The notes under the pieces were generated by a model that saw only the letters and a program-made list of their open reading frames with translations, ran no database searches and was not told the origin of the DNA. Shown piece after piece: positions 1 to 11,800 of a DNA stretch of 64,000 nucleotides. The DNA is from Antedon mediterranea (lineage: Eukaryota > Animalia > Echinodermata): positions 27,649,648 through 27,713,647 of the forward strand of contig NC_092673.1 in the NCBI RefSeq assembly GCF_964355755.1. The letters run 5' to 3'. Both the position numbers and the translations under genes were made by a program. Positions within the stretch are counted from its first letter, which is position 1, and each line of letters begins with the position of its first letter.

Positions 1-36
1 TAGTATACTAATACAATTCTGTGCATATATTTATAG

Positions 37-3000
37 GATTATCTTGCGAAACATGTGTTGCGCTTAACCAAAGAGAAAACCTGACGCTTGTGGCAGTCGG
101 AGGCGATGACCCATACTACACGTGTGTGCCATGCGATTGTAATGACAGATCAACGGATTGTGACCCTCTTACCGGTATCTGTACGGAGTGTCGACTGGGA
201 ACCGCAGGCGATTATTGCCAATCATGTGCAGAGTTTGTTCAGGAATCTGCCTGCGAGGAATGTATAAAGGATCATTATGGATTTGGAACTACTTTATTTG
301 AAGGTGCTTGTGCAGGTAATAAGGCAAAAAGTAGTTCTACATACCTACCAAAAATAGAGTCTTGAAATCAACTAAAACTGATTTTCTCAATTTAGTTTTC
401 TCTTTTTTAAATAATTGTTGTCAATATTTCTATGATTTACAAAGACATTGCTTAAGCTCTGCCTCCACTATCAAACTTCATGTGCCCATATATGGACATG
501 ATGATGTCATATCACTACCATATTTGGGAACATCACACTTTTTTTTCAAACTAGTAATGTTTGATAGTGTAGACAGAGCTTTAAATTTGTTAATGACAAT
601 AAAACAATTCATTATAATCTTTCATTTGACAGATTGTGCATGTAACGTAACAGGCACTGGTGGGATCACTGCCTGTGAAAACATTGACGGTCAGTGTCCC
701 TGCACGGGCAACTATGGAGGCCTGAAATGTAGTAGATGTACTTATAATTACTACAACTATGGGGCAGGCTGTGTTCGTAAGTAAAAATAATTGATATCTG
801 ATTGTGTAACTTGGACTAATGTTATTAGTTATGGTATTTTTTATGTTTTTGGATAATTTTACATCATCATTGTCATTTTTTCAGTAATTTTTTTTTTTTG
901 GATTAACATAATAAAATGTATTTTATAATTATTTTGCAGCATGTCCAATCTGCTACAACCTAATTAATGATAACTACTTCACATTGGTGTCTGAAAGTCA
1001 AAATGCGACAATACGCACAGAGTATCTGACATCCCAAGATAACTCGTCCATCATTGGTCCTTTCTCGGAGCGTTTGCAAGCATCCTATGATCAAATGCTG
1101 CAACTTGTTGCTGATGTAAGTTCTCCTCAACATTAATAATCGTTTCCCTCTTACAAAGTATTTTTCTAAAGATTATATGCTTCTATGAAAGGTTTTATAC
1201 TGTAAAATTTTCCTACATAAGATTTCTCCGGGAAAAAATATATATATGACGAGATCTAATAAGATCGAAACAGTACTGTCTGCAGATTGGATATATATAT
1301 ATATATATATAAACAAATCAGGCAAAGAACATTAATTCTAAACCGCCCGGTGATATACTGAAATTTAATTAATTAATTTGAAACGATAAAGACCACATAT
1401 GCATATTCATTTTGGTAAAGATGTTGTAATTACTTTTTGAGTAATCCTGCTAACAAACAAAAAACAGACAAACATACAAACACACGTGATCGATTACATA
1501 TACCTCCGCCAAGGAGGTAAATGAACACTAGCTGTATGTATACAGTATGAATGCATGCAAAAGCAAAAAACAAACATTTAAACTCTCTCTCATTGTCAAT
1601 TTATCAAATCTTTATCTTTTCATTTTAGTCAATGGATGTGATAAATGAAGGTCAGGATGTCAACGCTGACCTCGACCAATTGAATGCAACAATGTTTGAG
1701 TTAATGGCGACCTTAGAGAATGCAGAAATGACCATACCACTTGCTAATGCCAGCGGCTTTATCTCTGTCAGTAACTATTTCCAAGCTCAATCAGCAATAG
1801 CTGTAATCCAAGAGAATCTGCAGCAATCATTTCAGATACTAGAAAATGGTAAAATACTTTTATGTTTATTATTTGACAGACTTTCAAAGTGATTTGGACA
1901 GAAATGTAAAGCTCTGTCAACACTATCAAACTAGCGTGACAAAAAAGTGTGATGTGCCCAAATATGCCCATATATGGGCACATCGCATTTTTTTTCACAC
2001 AAAATTTGGTAGCTTTAGAAAAATCCTTAAATATTTATTTACTTGAAAATGGAATTACTTAGATGGGAAATATTTCACTGTGATTAGTGAGTACAACCAG
2101 TGCCCCATATCAATACAGATATTACTGTACTTTAATATATTACATTAAAAATATTCATTTCTTTAAACAGGCACCTTTGAAGAGCGCCATCTTGTGCTTG
2201 CACAACTAAGAGAAAGTCTCGGAGGAATTGAAGACTTGTTTTATATTCTCGTGGCAGACACCACGATTCAGACCACACGAGTTGAGAGAGAGACCTCAGA
2301 CCTCCGACTTATTGTAGAAAACAACAATGATATCACAGAATCAAATCTTAATGTGAGTGGAACAGTGTGTTCTTAAAATATTACAAATAGTTAAATATAC
2401 ATATAGGAAACCCACGATTTTTAAACAGAGTCTCATATGAGGTTTAGGAAGTGGCAGAAAATCTGTAAAGATTTATGTGACAAAAAAGTGTGATGTGCCC
2501 AAACATGGTAGTGATATTACATCATCATGTCCATATATGATCGCATTACATTTTTTTGTCACATGAAGTTTGATAGTGTAGACAAGGCTTAACATGATTT
2601 GAGCCAAGGGAATTCTGGGAAAGCAATCTTATCAACCAAGCCACAGTGGCAATACATAAACGTCTTCAAAATAGAACGAATATAAAAATGGATTTACTGT
2701 ATGTATTATGTGTATTATGCCATTTGTTATAAATTTTTATTTGAGAAAAAAAACAATTTTTTATGTGGATTATTTTTTTCAGTCTATTGCCATTATACAG
2801 GTAACTCACTTTTATTTTGAGTCTCAATAGATGTCTTTTGAAATTAATTAACAGGTCGCCCAGAGTGCACAGGCCACACATGACAACACAACCTCAAGGA
2901 CAGCGATGCTTCTCACGGATGCCAATGAGATTGAAGATTACGGTTTGAGCACCGAGGTCCGTGTGGAAACAGTTGAAATGAGGGGGATGGAATCTGATTT

Positions 3001-5487
3001 GCTTGCAAGAGAGAAAAGCATGTTGGCAATGGCGCCAAACAATAATGCTGAATCCGATATCAACTCGTTGGCCATCTCTGCCATCTCTAAAGGGTCACAA
3101 GCTGATGCACTTACTGACCTGGTAAGTATACAACGAACAGACATTGCCAGCCCAAGAGGGCGCACTGGCATACATCATTCCTTATTCTGATAATTTAATG
3201 TTGAAATATTAAAATCCTGACATGATTGTGTGTTTTGTTATACAATCAACTTTTCCAATACTGGACACTTTTCGCTGGCCTATTATGTCTGGTTTTCCGA
3301 AAAGTCTGGTATTCGGAATGTGTTTCTAATAGTAAAAGTGAATTTGGGACATTTTTGGACCTAAAGAAAAGTCTGGTTTTGATAGAGTTTCCGGTTATCA
3401 TAGAGTCTGGTATTGGAAGCGTTGATTGTATACATCTATTTTTAATTTTTTTGCATAAATTACAGTTTTATCTAGTGTTAACTAATAAAGTTATTATAAC
3501 ACTTTTACAGGCTATTAATAGTTTAGAGTCGGCTACAGATGATTTTGAAACTGTGGCCGAAGCCGGCTCAGACACAAACGTGCTAATTACCAACGTAAAC
3601 AATACGATAAACAGCGTGAATGCTCTCTATAATCGTGTAATTGAGGCTAATAATAGCGTGACAGCATCGAAGAAGCTGTCAAGTGAAACGTTTCAGGCCG
3701 CGGAGGAGATGCTGGACGTCGTATCAACCTTTAGTACCCAAGCGGCAGGTAACTATATTATTATTATTATCCTCTACAAAAAAATAATTTGCCGTTGCTA
3801 CAGATATGGTATTGTGACTTTTGCTTCTGGCTATTAAAGGTACAGAATGAATGAACCTTAGGCTAATACCGGCCCTTGAAACCTTAACAAAGTGTCCCTC
3901 TAGACAATGAAAGACAAATGGGATTTAGAACATGATACAGATCAAACAATTCCATTGCAGACATTTGTTGATCTTCTATCTTTTGAAGCCATAAATATTT
4001 TTTATTCTACTTTGTTATAGTCAAATTTTGATACAAATATTTGTTAGTGTTATTATTTATACATTTTTATAGCTATGACCCACTCTCCTCCCCCATGAAC
4101 ATTTCTCTATCCATGTCTGTAAATGCGGAAACTAATTATTACCATTTAAAAAAAATTAGAGGTTCAGGCCGCTGCGGATGAAGCATTAACTAATGTTGCA
4201 TTGATACAAAGCAGTAGCGAGGCTAACATACGTAAAGCGAATGATCTTGAGAACGAACTAAGACCAATAGAAGCTGACGCAACAAGAGGACGGCAAGATG
4301 CTGATACCGCATATGCCATGGCTGAGGAAGAATTTCAGGTGATTTATTTTGTGTAGCTTAAAGATGTATTGTCCCCCAAAAATATAGAAAATGAAGGTTA
4401 AAAAGTTATTCACTTCTGTAAAAAATAACAAACAAAAATAATTATTTCACTTAAAGACAAAAGAAACAGTTTTTTAATTTTTTTTATATATTTTTTTATT
4501 TTTTAATAATTGTTTTTTTTTTATCCTGTTTTTTGGTCAACGAGGACAATATATCTTTAAATATTTTGAAATTGCATGAACGGAGAAAAAAATATTAGTA
4601 CGATATTGTCTTTACATGTCTACAAACCAATGTTGTCAATAAAGTCCTTGTAGTCCTGATAATAGACCCATGGTCATATCGTTCATGTTTCTACGATCTT
4701 GCAGTTGTGCAAGTCCTATTATGTAGATAAGTGGATAAATATTTGTTGATTTGAAATCCTTTTCTATATATCTTGGTATTTTTATTTCAACAAGTACAAT
4801 ACAATTCAAAGGCTGAATTTCTGCATTTTTTACACTACTTAAAACGACATCAAAAAGTGAAAAAACATTCATTAGGAAATATAAAATATCTATGTGTATC
4901 AAAATACTTTAAAAAAGTAAAAACAAAAATCTAAAAAAGAAACATCTTTTTAAACAATACAATGACTTTACATGGTAATTATATTGTTTGTTGCATTTAT
5001 GCTTTAGGAGGTATTTGCTATAAACGATAGAGCCAATGACATTGCAATAGAGACTGCCAACACCCTTAACAACATAGACACAATCACAGAGAGTGTTAGA
5101 ACCATCAACTCTAGTTTGGTGTCGCCCTCTGGCGAAAGCTGTGACTCATTCACTCCTAGTATCTCTGCGCTTGAATCAATAGTGACACAGGCTTCTACAG
5201 ATGCCCAGTCAGCATCCAGCACCGCCAGTATGTCGCAACGCATGATTGAACAGCTTCTTGACGAGGTCATCGGCATCAGTCATGTGGACACATCAGCTTT
5301 GCCAGCTCTTAGTCAGCGTATAGTAGATGCACGTAATTACTTCACGCAAGGTCAGTTTGATACTGCGATTGCGACTTTAAAAGTATCGATTGATGAGCAG
5401 CAGGCGTGGCTGGACCAAACTGTTGCAGAAGTTGAAGAGATACAAAGGCAAATTGACAGTCTTGAAAGTTTTAGAGTGCGGACGTGA
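37..5487 (+). CDS. Laminin gamma-like chain, 3' part (5' exons lie upstream of the window); LE domains plus ~580-aa coiled coil
   Basis: Exons 37-315, 633-776, 940-1115, 1629-1848, 2171-2352, 2855-3121, 3511-3748, 4160-4338, 5008-5487 have GT/AG ends and compatible phases. They encode laminin-EGF Cys patterns (CDCNDRSTDCDPLTGIC; CACNVTGTGGITACENIDGQCPC), then CPICY (gamma-chain CPxCY motif at the coiled-coil start) and a heptad-rich Ala/Glu/Ser region ending ...IDSLESFRVRT*. Confidence 0.85.
455..580. mobile_element. MITE family A (PIF/Harbinger-like, TWA TSD)
   Basis: TIR AGCTCTGTCTACACTATCAAACT / AGTTTGATAGTGTAGACAGAGCT with TTA on both flanks. Other full or partial copies near 1910-2017, 2465-2590, 9560-9640, 25025-25130, 34490-34610, 40360-40433 and 45946-46060, plus those listed separately. 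Confidence 0.8.
1249..1520 (-). mobile_element. Short Helentron/HINE-like non-autonomous element
   Basis: Terminal hairpin TACCTCCGCCAAGGAGGTA (1501-1519), an (ACAA/ACAG)n-type microsatellite beside it, and a small hairpin GATCTAATAAGATC at the other end. Confidence 0.5.
3241..3430. mobile_element. Tc1/mariner (pogo/Tigger-type) MITE
   Basis: TA-CAATCAACTTTTCCAATAC...GTATTGGAAGCGTTGATTG-TA. A related copy lies at ~48913-49007. Confidence 0.6.
4358..4560. mobile_element. TTAA-flanked MITE (Kolobok-like)
   Basis: TTAA-AGATGTATTGTCC...GGACAATATATCT-TTAA. A second full copy lies at 29857-30060 and a decayed copy at ~42038-42162. Confidence 0.7.
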
Positions 5488-6108
5488 TCAGTACTGCACA
5501 AAATGTAAAACTATTTGCGTTATTTCAACATTTCCATTTTTTAAGATCGCAAGAAGAAAAAACAAAGTAATCGTTCACAGGTGGATTTATTGCAGGGATT
5601 CACCCACCCCACCCCCAATCTCCTTTTTGTTTAAAGGTGGAATAAAGAACTTCTATGAAATATTTTCCGTGGAGTACCACCACCACTTTTCCGACATCTT
5701 GGAGTTCACAAAATATGTAAACATTAGTAGGATTGATTGAATCATCCATTAATCTTTTCCATCTGAAAATGTATGGGCTTCCAAACATTCAATTAGTATC
5801 ATTGTAGGTAAGTTTAGTAAGCATCAATTTAAGGCATTCGATAATTTGTATACTTGGGAACGTTCAACCTCGTCTAGACCTGGTTGATTGAGAGGCATAT
5901 GAAACTAATACCGGATTCACACGTACAAGATTGTACCTGTAAATTTTCAAAACAAGTTGGTAGTCTTTACAGGCCTCAGAAAGGCCTGTAAATATTACTT
6001 CAATGTCACACAATTGTATCAATCAATGATACACACTTATGTTTCTAATTAATTTTGTACATGTACATTACACTCACTGTAACAAACTAACGTGAAAATG
6101 CATTCTAA

Positions 6109-6266
6109 AACTCTGTCTACACTATCAAACTAAGTTGAAAAAAATGTGATGTGCCCAAATATGGTAGTGATATGCCCAAATATGGTAGTGATATGAAATC
6201 ATCATATCCATATATGAGCAGATCACAATTTTTTGTCACATTAAGTTTGATAGTGTAGACAGAGCT
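6109..6266. mobile_element. MITE family A copy (laminin 3' UTR region)
   Basis: Both TIRs present with TAA flanks; internal GTGATGTGCCCAAATATGGTAGTGAT core. Confidence 0.8.
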
Positions 6267-8857
6267 TAAGATTATGTAACAATTTTGTTGCATGTCACGT
6301 GTGTTGTATGTGTAAATCAGGTATTAGTTCGGGAATGTTTACTTCAATCATACAAATTGTATTATTTGCAATTAAAGTTGGAAGGAAATATATTGGAATG
6401 CTTTATTAAGCATTTTCTGTTGAATTTAGAGAGTAAATATGCAATTTGATACTAAAGTGTTTTTTAGCATGAATTTTAATCATGATTACAAATGTATTAA
6501 TAGAAATTATAAAGAACAATAAAATGCATTTGAATGCAATTTGTTGTACATAATAGAAAAGTAAGGCAGTAGTTTTTAAAAAGGGTAATTGAAATTTTTT
6601 TTAATTTATTAATTTAAAAAAAACAGTGAAATAATAAAAATGCACAGTTTTAACATATTTGTAAAAATGTTGGGGAAACAGAACTACCGCCTATTTTGAT
6701 TTTTTGGTTTTTTTTTACCTAATATGCTTGTATATACATTTCTGTATCTGGCAAATGAAAATTACACTTAAAATATCCTTTGAATCGGCTCGGAATGAAT
6801 CAATGTATTTCTGGGTCAGCAATAAATTCACTCTTTTGTCAAATGCACTTTTATCAGTAGTTATCTAGATATAGCCTTTCTTGAATATATAATAGGTTTG
6901 ATTTGAAATACACAACTTTTATAAAGTACACACTGACGACAAAAGAAGGAATGCACTACTGGCAAAAGGTATTTCTATCAAACTGAAATGAAAAGATATT
7001 TTAATTTGAGTGGAGAGAAATACAAAACACTTTGTGGGGTATTCAAATTTAATTTTAGACACTCGTGTATTCTTATCTATATTGTCCGTTTTGGTCCATT
7101 GATTAATTACTGTATATCACTTCAGAGTTGTTGACTTTTGCATCAATACTCTCTCATTTACATAGAATAGGATTTACTTTCAATAGTTCTTTGTATGTGT
7201 CCAATCCTCTAAATTGAAACAGGTCTTCAATTGACTTTTTAACAGGGTTTCTCATTTGAAAAATGTTATTTATATACATTATACTAGTAGTGCAATATTG
7301 TGTATTTTGGTAGATTTTTTACCTACAGTAGTGCAAACTGAAGAATTTAGAATTTCTAAAAATATTAAAGGTTCTCTTTATATTTATGATTAACGCTCTA
7401 TTGTAAATTATAATTTTGCTTATTATTTTACTTGTTTTTCATTACTGCAGTAAATTCTGTACAGTATTTTATTCATTAATATGAGCTGCAGTAACCATGT
7501 ACTTAAAGATTATTTTAAATCGTGAAGTCCAATTGTCCTTGATTTTGTGTGCTTTCATTTAGAAATATAACATTTTTCATGTATATATTAATCATTGTTC
7601 ATATTTTAAATAATTATGTTATTTTATGAGGGTAGTGATCCTTTTGTGGCAGGTGCAGAAGGTGCTTTGATGTGGTTTATTTGATTAAGTTTTTAATTTT
7701 TGTCAAATGAAATAAACATTCCATTTTCTATTCCATTTGCTATTCATGAATTTTAAATAAACATTAATCACAAAGGGTGCATTTATACTAACATCTGTGA
7801 CAGGGTAAACAACGCAATATGCTGCTTACGTTAATTTCACGACATTGTATAATGTTTTTTGTCATACGCAACAGCGAGGACAAACTCGCCAATTACAGGA
7901 TGGATAAACTTTTAAAATTTATCGTGCTCATTTGAATAAAGTTGAAAAAGTCGTGATTTACAACCCTGGCACTAGGTCAGGATTTAACCCGGACCTTGGG
8001 ATTGAAAGGCAAGCACGTAACAGCTCCCTGTTACACACGGTGAAAAGACAAAACAAATGTTACTTCCGCGTTCATACAATCATTAGTAATGGTACACGCG
8101 CGCGTACACACGCTGATGAAAATAATACGCGCGCGTGAACTTTGGGGGTGCTGCATGTTCTATAATATGGGCTGTATACGGGGCGGTATACTATGACGTA
8201 ATTATTAACGGCGATGTCAAAGCATGCAATTGAACGGTTCATCGGGTTCGCTTCCTAACTGGGGTCAATATTCAATAATATAATAGAGTAGAGTAGAGCA
8301 GTCCAGTAGTAGTAGTAGTGTTCAGTGTGCATGAGGTGTTATTTGCCTACTAGGCGTTTTATTTGAATACGGAGTGGTAAGTAAGGTGCGTAAGTTACTT
8401 TTGAGATATTATTCAATTGAATAATGAGGCATAATTGCAAATTATTCATTTACGAAGTCTATATTTTCCCCAATTTTCACACGATTTGTTTTAGCGCCTA
8501 GTAGTAGGCCTTGTATAGGCAAGATTGTGTTTACTATACTGTCTGTACACACAACACAGCTTGCATCGTAGCCTACTGTGGACTCTAAAAAGTGAAGGCT
8601 AGGCCTCTATTTTATTGAGATAGATATAATATCTGCAGTACAGTTGTGAATAGGTTGTTAGTAGGCTGTACTTCAAAGCCCCCTTCCCCCCCCCCCCCCA
8701 TCTGCTATAAATAAAAACAACGGTACACCTTACGTACGGGATACACCGTCACGCATGCATAGGTCTATATAATTTTCCTCTCCTTTTTTTTTGTGTTTTG
8801 TGGTTAATTCCCTTTTTTCCATAATGATTTTTCCAGAATTTTCTAAACCTTGACAAA

Positions 8858-11800
8858 ATGGAGAACGGATTCAAGGTTGAGGATAGGGACTATAATCTAT
8901 ACCACACATCGTATTATGAAGATCATGATATTGGTGACGATAAAATATCACTAAATGTGGGTGCACCAGGAGTCGATGTTCTTCGATCTTCAGCCCAATT
9001 TATGCTGAAATCAACACAGATGAGACTAGTAAGAAACGTATTTTTTAAATGTGATCTCGATAAAGTGTTTGTTTATGCGTTCGTTTTCCAAGCGCTCACA
9101 TTTTACGCTCGATCGTAAAAAATCGTGGTTTTGTGAATTTGTTTTGTTGCTAACACTCGCCATGGTCGAGTAACTCCATGCTCTGACTATATTACTAGGT
9201 ATATCGCAAATTGCATGCGCGACGCATGGTGGAAAGGGTTTGGAAGCAAACGTCACAACGCGTACGTACGTGATTTGTTGTTTGTTGTACGTGCACGTCT
9301 TGACGTTTGCTCCCAAACCCTTCCCATCATACATTGTGCAATGACGTTCCTCGCGGAATCAAGCTGTTTGCGATCAACCTTATTACATAATATTTTCTAA
9401 TTCCTATAGGAAAAAGAAATAGCTGGCAATGGAGACCTATTGCAGTATGGGAGTATGATGGGTGATCCCGATTACAGAAAAAACGTAGCTAAACTTCTAT
9501 CAGAAGAATATAATGACGATGTCCACTGGTAAGTCAGATGTTTGCCCTACTTTAAATAAAGCTCTGTTTACACTATCAAATGATGTGCCCATTTATGGAC
9601 ATGATGATGTTGTATTAATACCATATTTGGGCATATTGTACGTTTAAGTCTAAACAATTGTGAACACAAGTTGCGTATAATCTGCATTCAAATTTAAACT
9701 CAAAATGGGCTCGATTTCCAGGTCTTCTCTTTTAACTACTTCCGGTGCTACGGCTGGCCTGTCTCTACTTGCTGGTGCGTTCTTCAATGCCGGTGACTAC
9801 ATCTTCATTGAAGACCCCACTTACTTTCAAGTAAATCGGATCGTTGGTATTGACTTAGGGCTCAAGACCGTACCAAGTAAGTTACATCAGTCGCCAGGAA
9901 GTAGATCAGGGGGTATCGTGTCGGGAATAAGTAGGCCTAAATGCTCCTATATACACGTACCAGAAAAGTTTGTTGTGCGGCTAAACTGCGTTTGAATTAA
10001 CGCCCTGCGCTCTTTTCTGCTGATTAATCACTAAAGCTCTGTCTACACTATCAAACTTTATGTAACAAACAAATGTGATGTCATATCACTACCATATTTG
10101 GGCAAGTTTGATAGTGTAGACAGAGCTTATACAATAATTCCAAATGACCAATAATGATTTTTTGTTATATAAATAGTTCCATTTACTGACGATGGTATAA
10201 ATTTGGAGATTTTGACGAAGGAAATCGAAGTTAGACGGCCGAAAGATTTCCGGCCAACTACTGAACGACCTTTCTGGGCTCTGATGTATGCTATCACCGT
10301 CTATCAAAACCCTACTGGAATATGCTATTCTAAAGGTAGATATTAACAGAGTTGTCACTGAAAACATGATCTGGGGCCAAAATCGGTCGTGTCGGACCAG
10401 TTTTGGCTCTAAATTGGTGGCCAAAAGCATTCCGCCACTGCAAAAATAGTTCGGGTTTTTCTTCTGTCGATTTTAATTAAATTATTAGGCATACGATATG
10501 TTTTAAGTAGTTTATGGCTAGAACAATATCAATAAGTTATCTCATCGGATAAATACTATAAACAAATATATTTTATCTAAAAACATGACTTGATTTTAGC
10601 CTGCCACACACTCACATGGCGGGTACCGCTGATATTGCCAGCTAGGTGTTTTGAGGCCTTTTCCTTCCTCGGCCTAATCAATATAGGTATAATTGTTTTC
10701 AATTAACGTAAATTGATTAACCATAAATCAAAATAAATTTAATTGTTCGTCATTATGGGGAAGCAAACAAAAGAGCAATTAAACGGATTTAAAAAAGCCG
10801 GCCGATTTGGGTGTGACACACTTCATCTACGTAGTTATAACAACCTTTATTCATGGGGATTCAGATGTGTTTATTGGTTTCTAAATGAAATTAAATCCTT
10901 TTTTATTTCAGAAAAATGCGAAAAACTCCTGAAACTTGCTCGGAAAAACAATATTATGATCATTTGCGATGATGTTTACAATTTACTATGCCTAAACAAG
11001 AACGACGGTGATGACTTTGAAAGAGCGCCGCCAAGGCTTCTGCAATACGATGTCAAATCAGACGAAGATTATTTCGGCAATGTTGTGTCAAATGGTAGCT
11101 TTTCCAAAGTTCTCGGACCGGGTCTTCGTTTGGGGTGGATTGAAGCACCCCTAGTTGTGCTCAGTAAACTTCTCATGAAGTGAGTCAATGTCTTTGTAAT
11201 AATAGGAAACCTTGATTTTCGCAGACCTAGCCTATGACCTGCCCGGAAATTACGTCATGTTTATTTATATTTTTTTGTTAATCTTTATAAATTTAATATA
11301 ATTTTATTTGTTTCATATTTATGTCTTGTCATGTTGTATTTTTGTGAGGGTCACTAATGATCAGCTTCGGCTGAATGGATGGACCACTCGTAAAATTGAG
11401 ATAAGATTGAATAAAAAAAACTTTGCGCATGTGACATGAGGACATTTTTGGACGTTAACCGCAACGTAAGCGAATTGACCAATCACAAGCAATGAATTTT
11501 TTCAACTTTAACTTGTGATTGGTCAATTTGGGAACCAAACATAATCGTACATACGTATAGTAAACATAATGATACATATCTGTTCTTACAGTGGCTGCTT
11601 AATTGGTGGAGGTGCATTGAACCATTACACGTCCGGCATTGTTGCATGCTCACTAAATACAGAGTTATTCAACAACTACTTATTGATGGTAAAAAACGAA
11701 GGAAAGGTATAACATTATGTTCTTCTCATTCGTTCCACAACTCCACTTTATCCACTTCATCCACTTCACATAATGTTCTTGCTTATTCTCTGTATCTTCT

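Noticed and set aside
5390-5740. Overlapping 116-aa ORF with CxxC-like residues across the laminin stop
   Set aside because: Alternative frame running into AT-rich 3' UTR, with no domain similarity or evidence of frameshifting.
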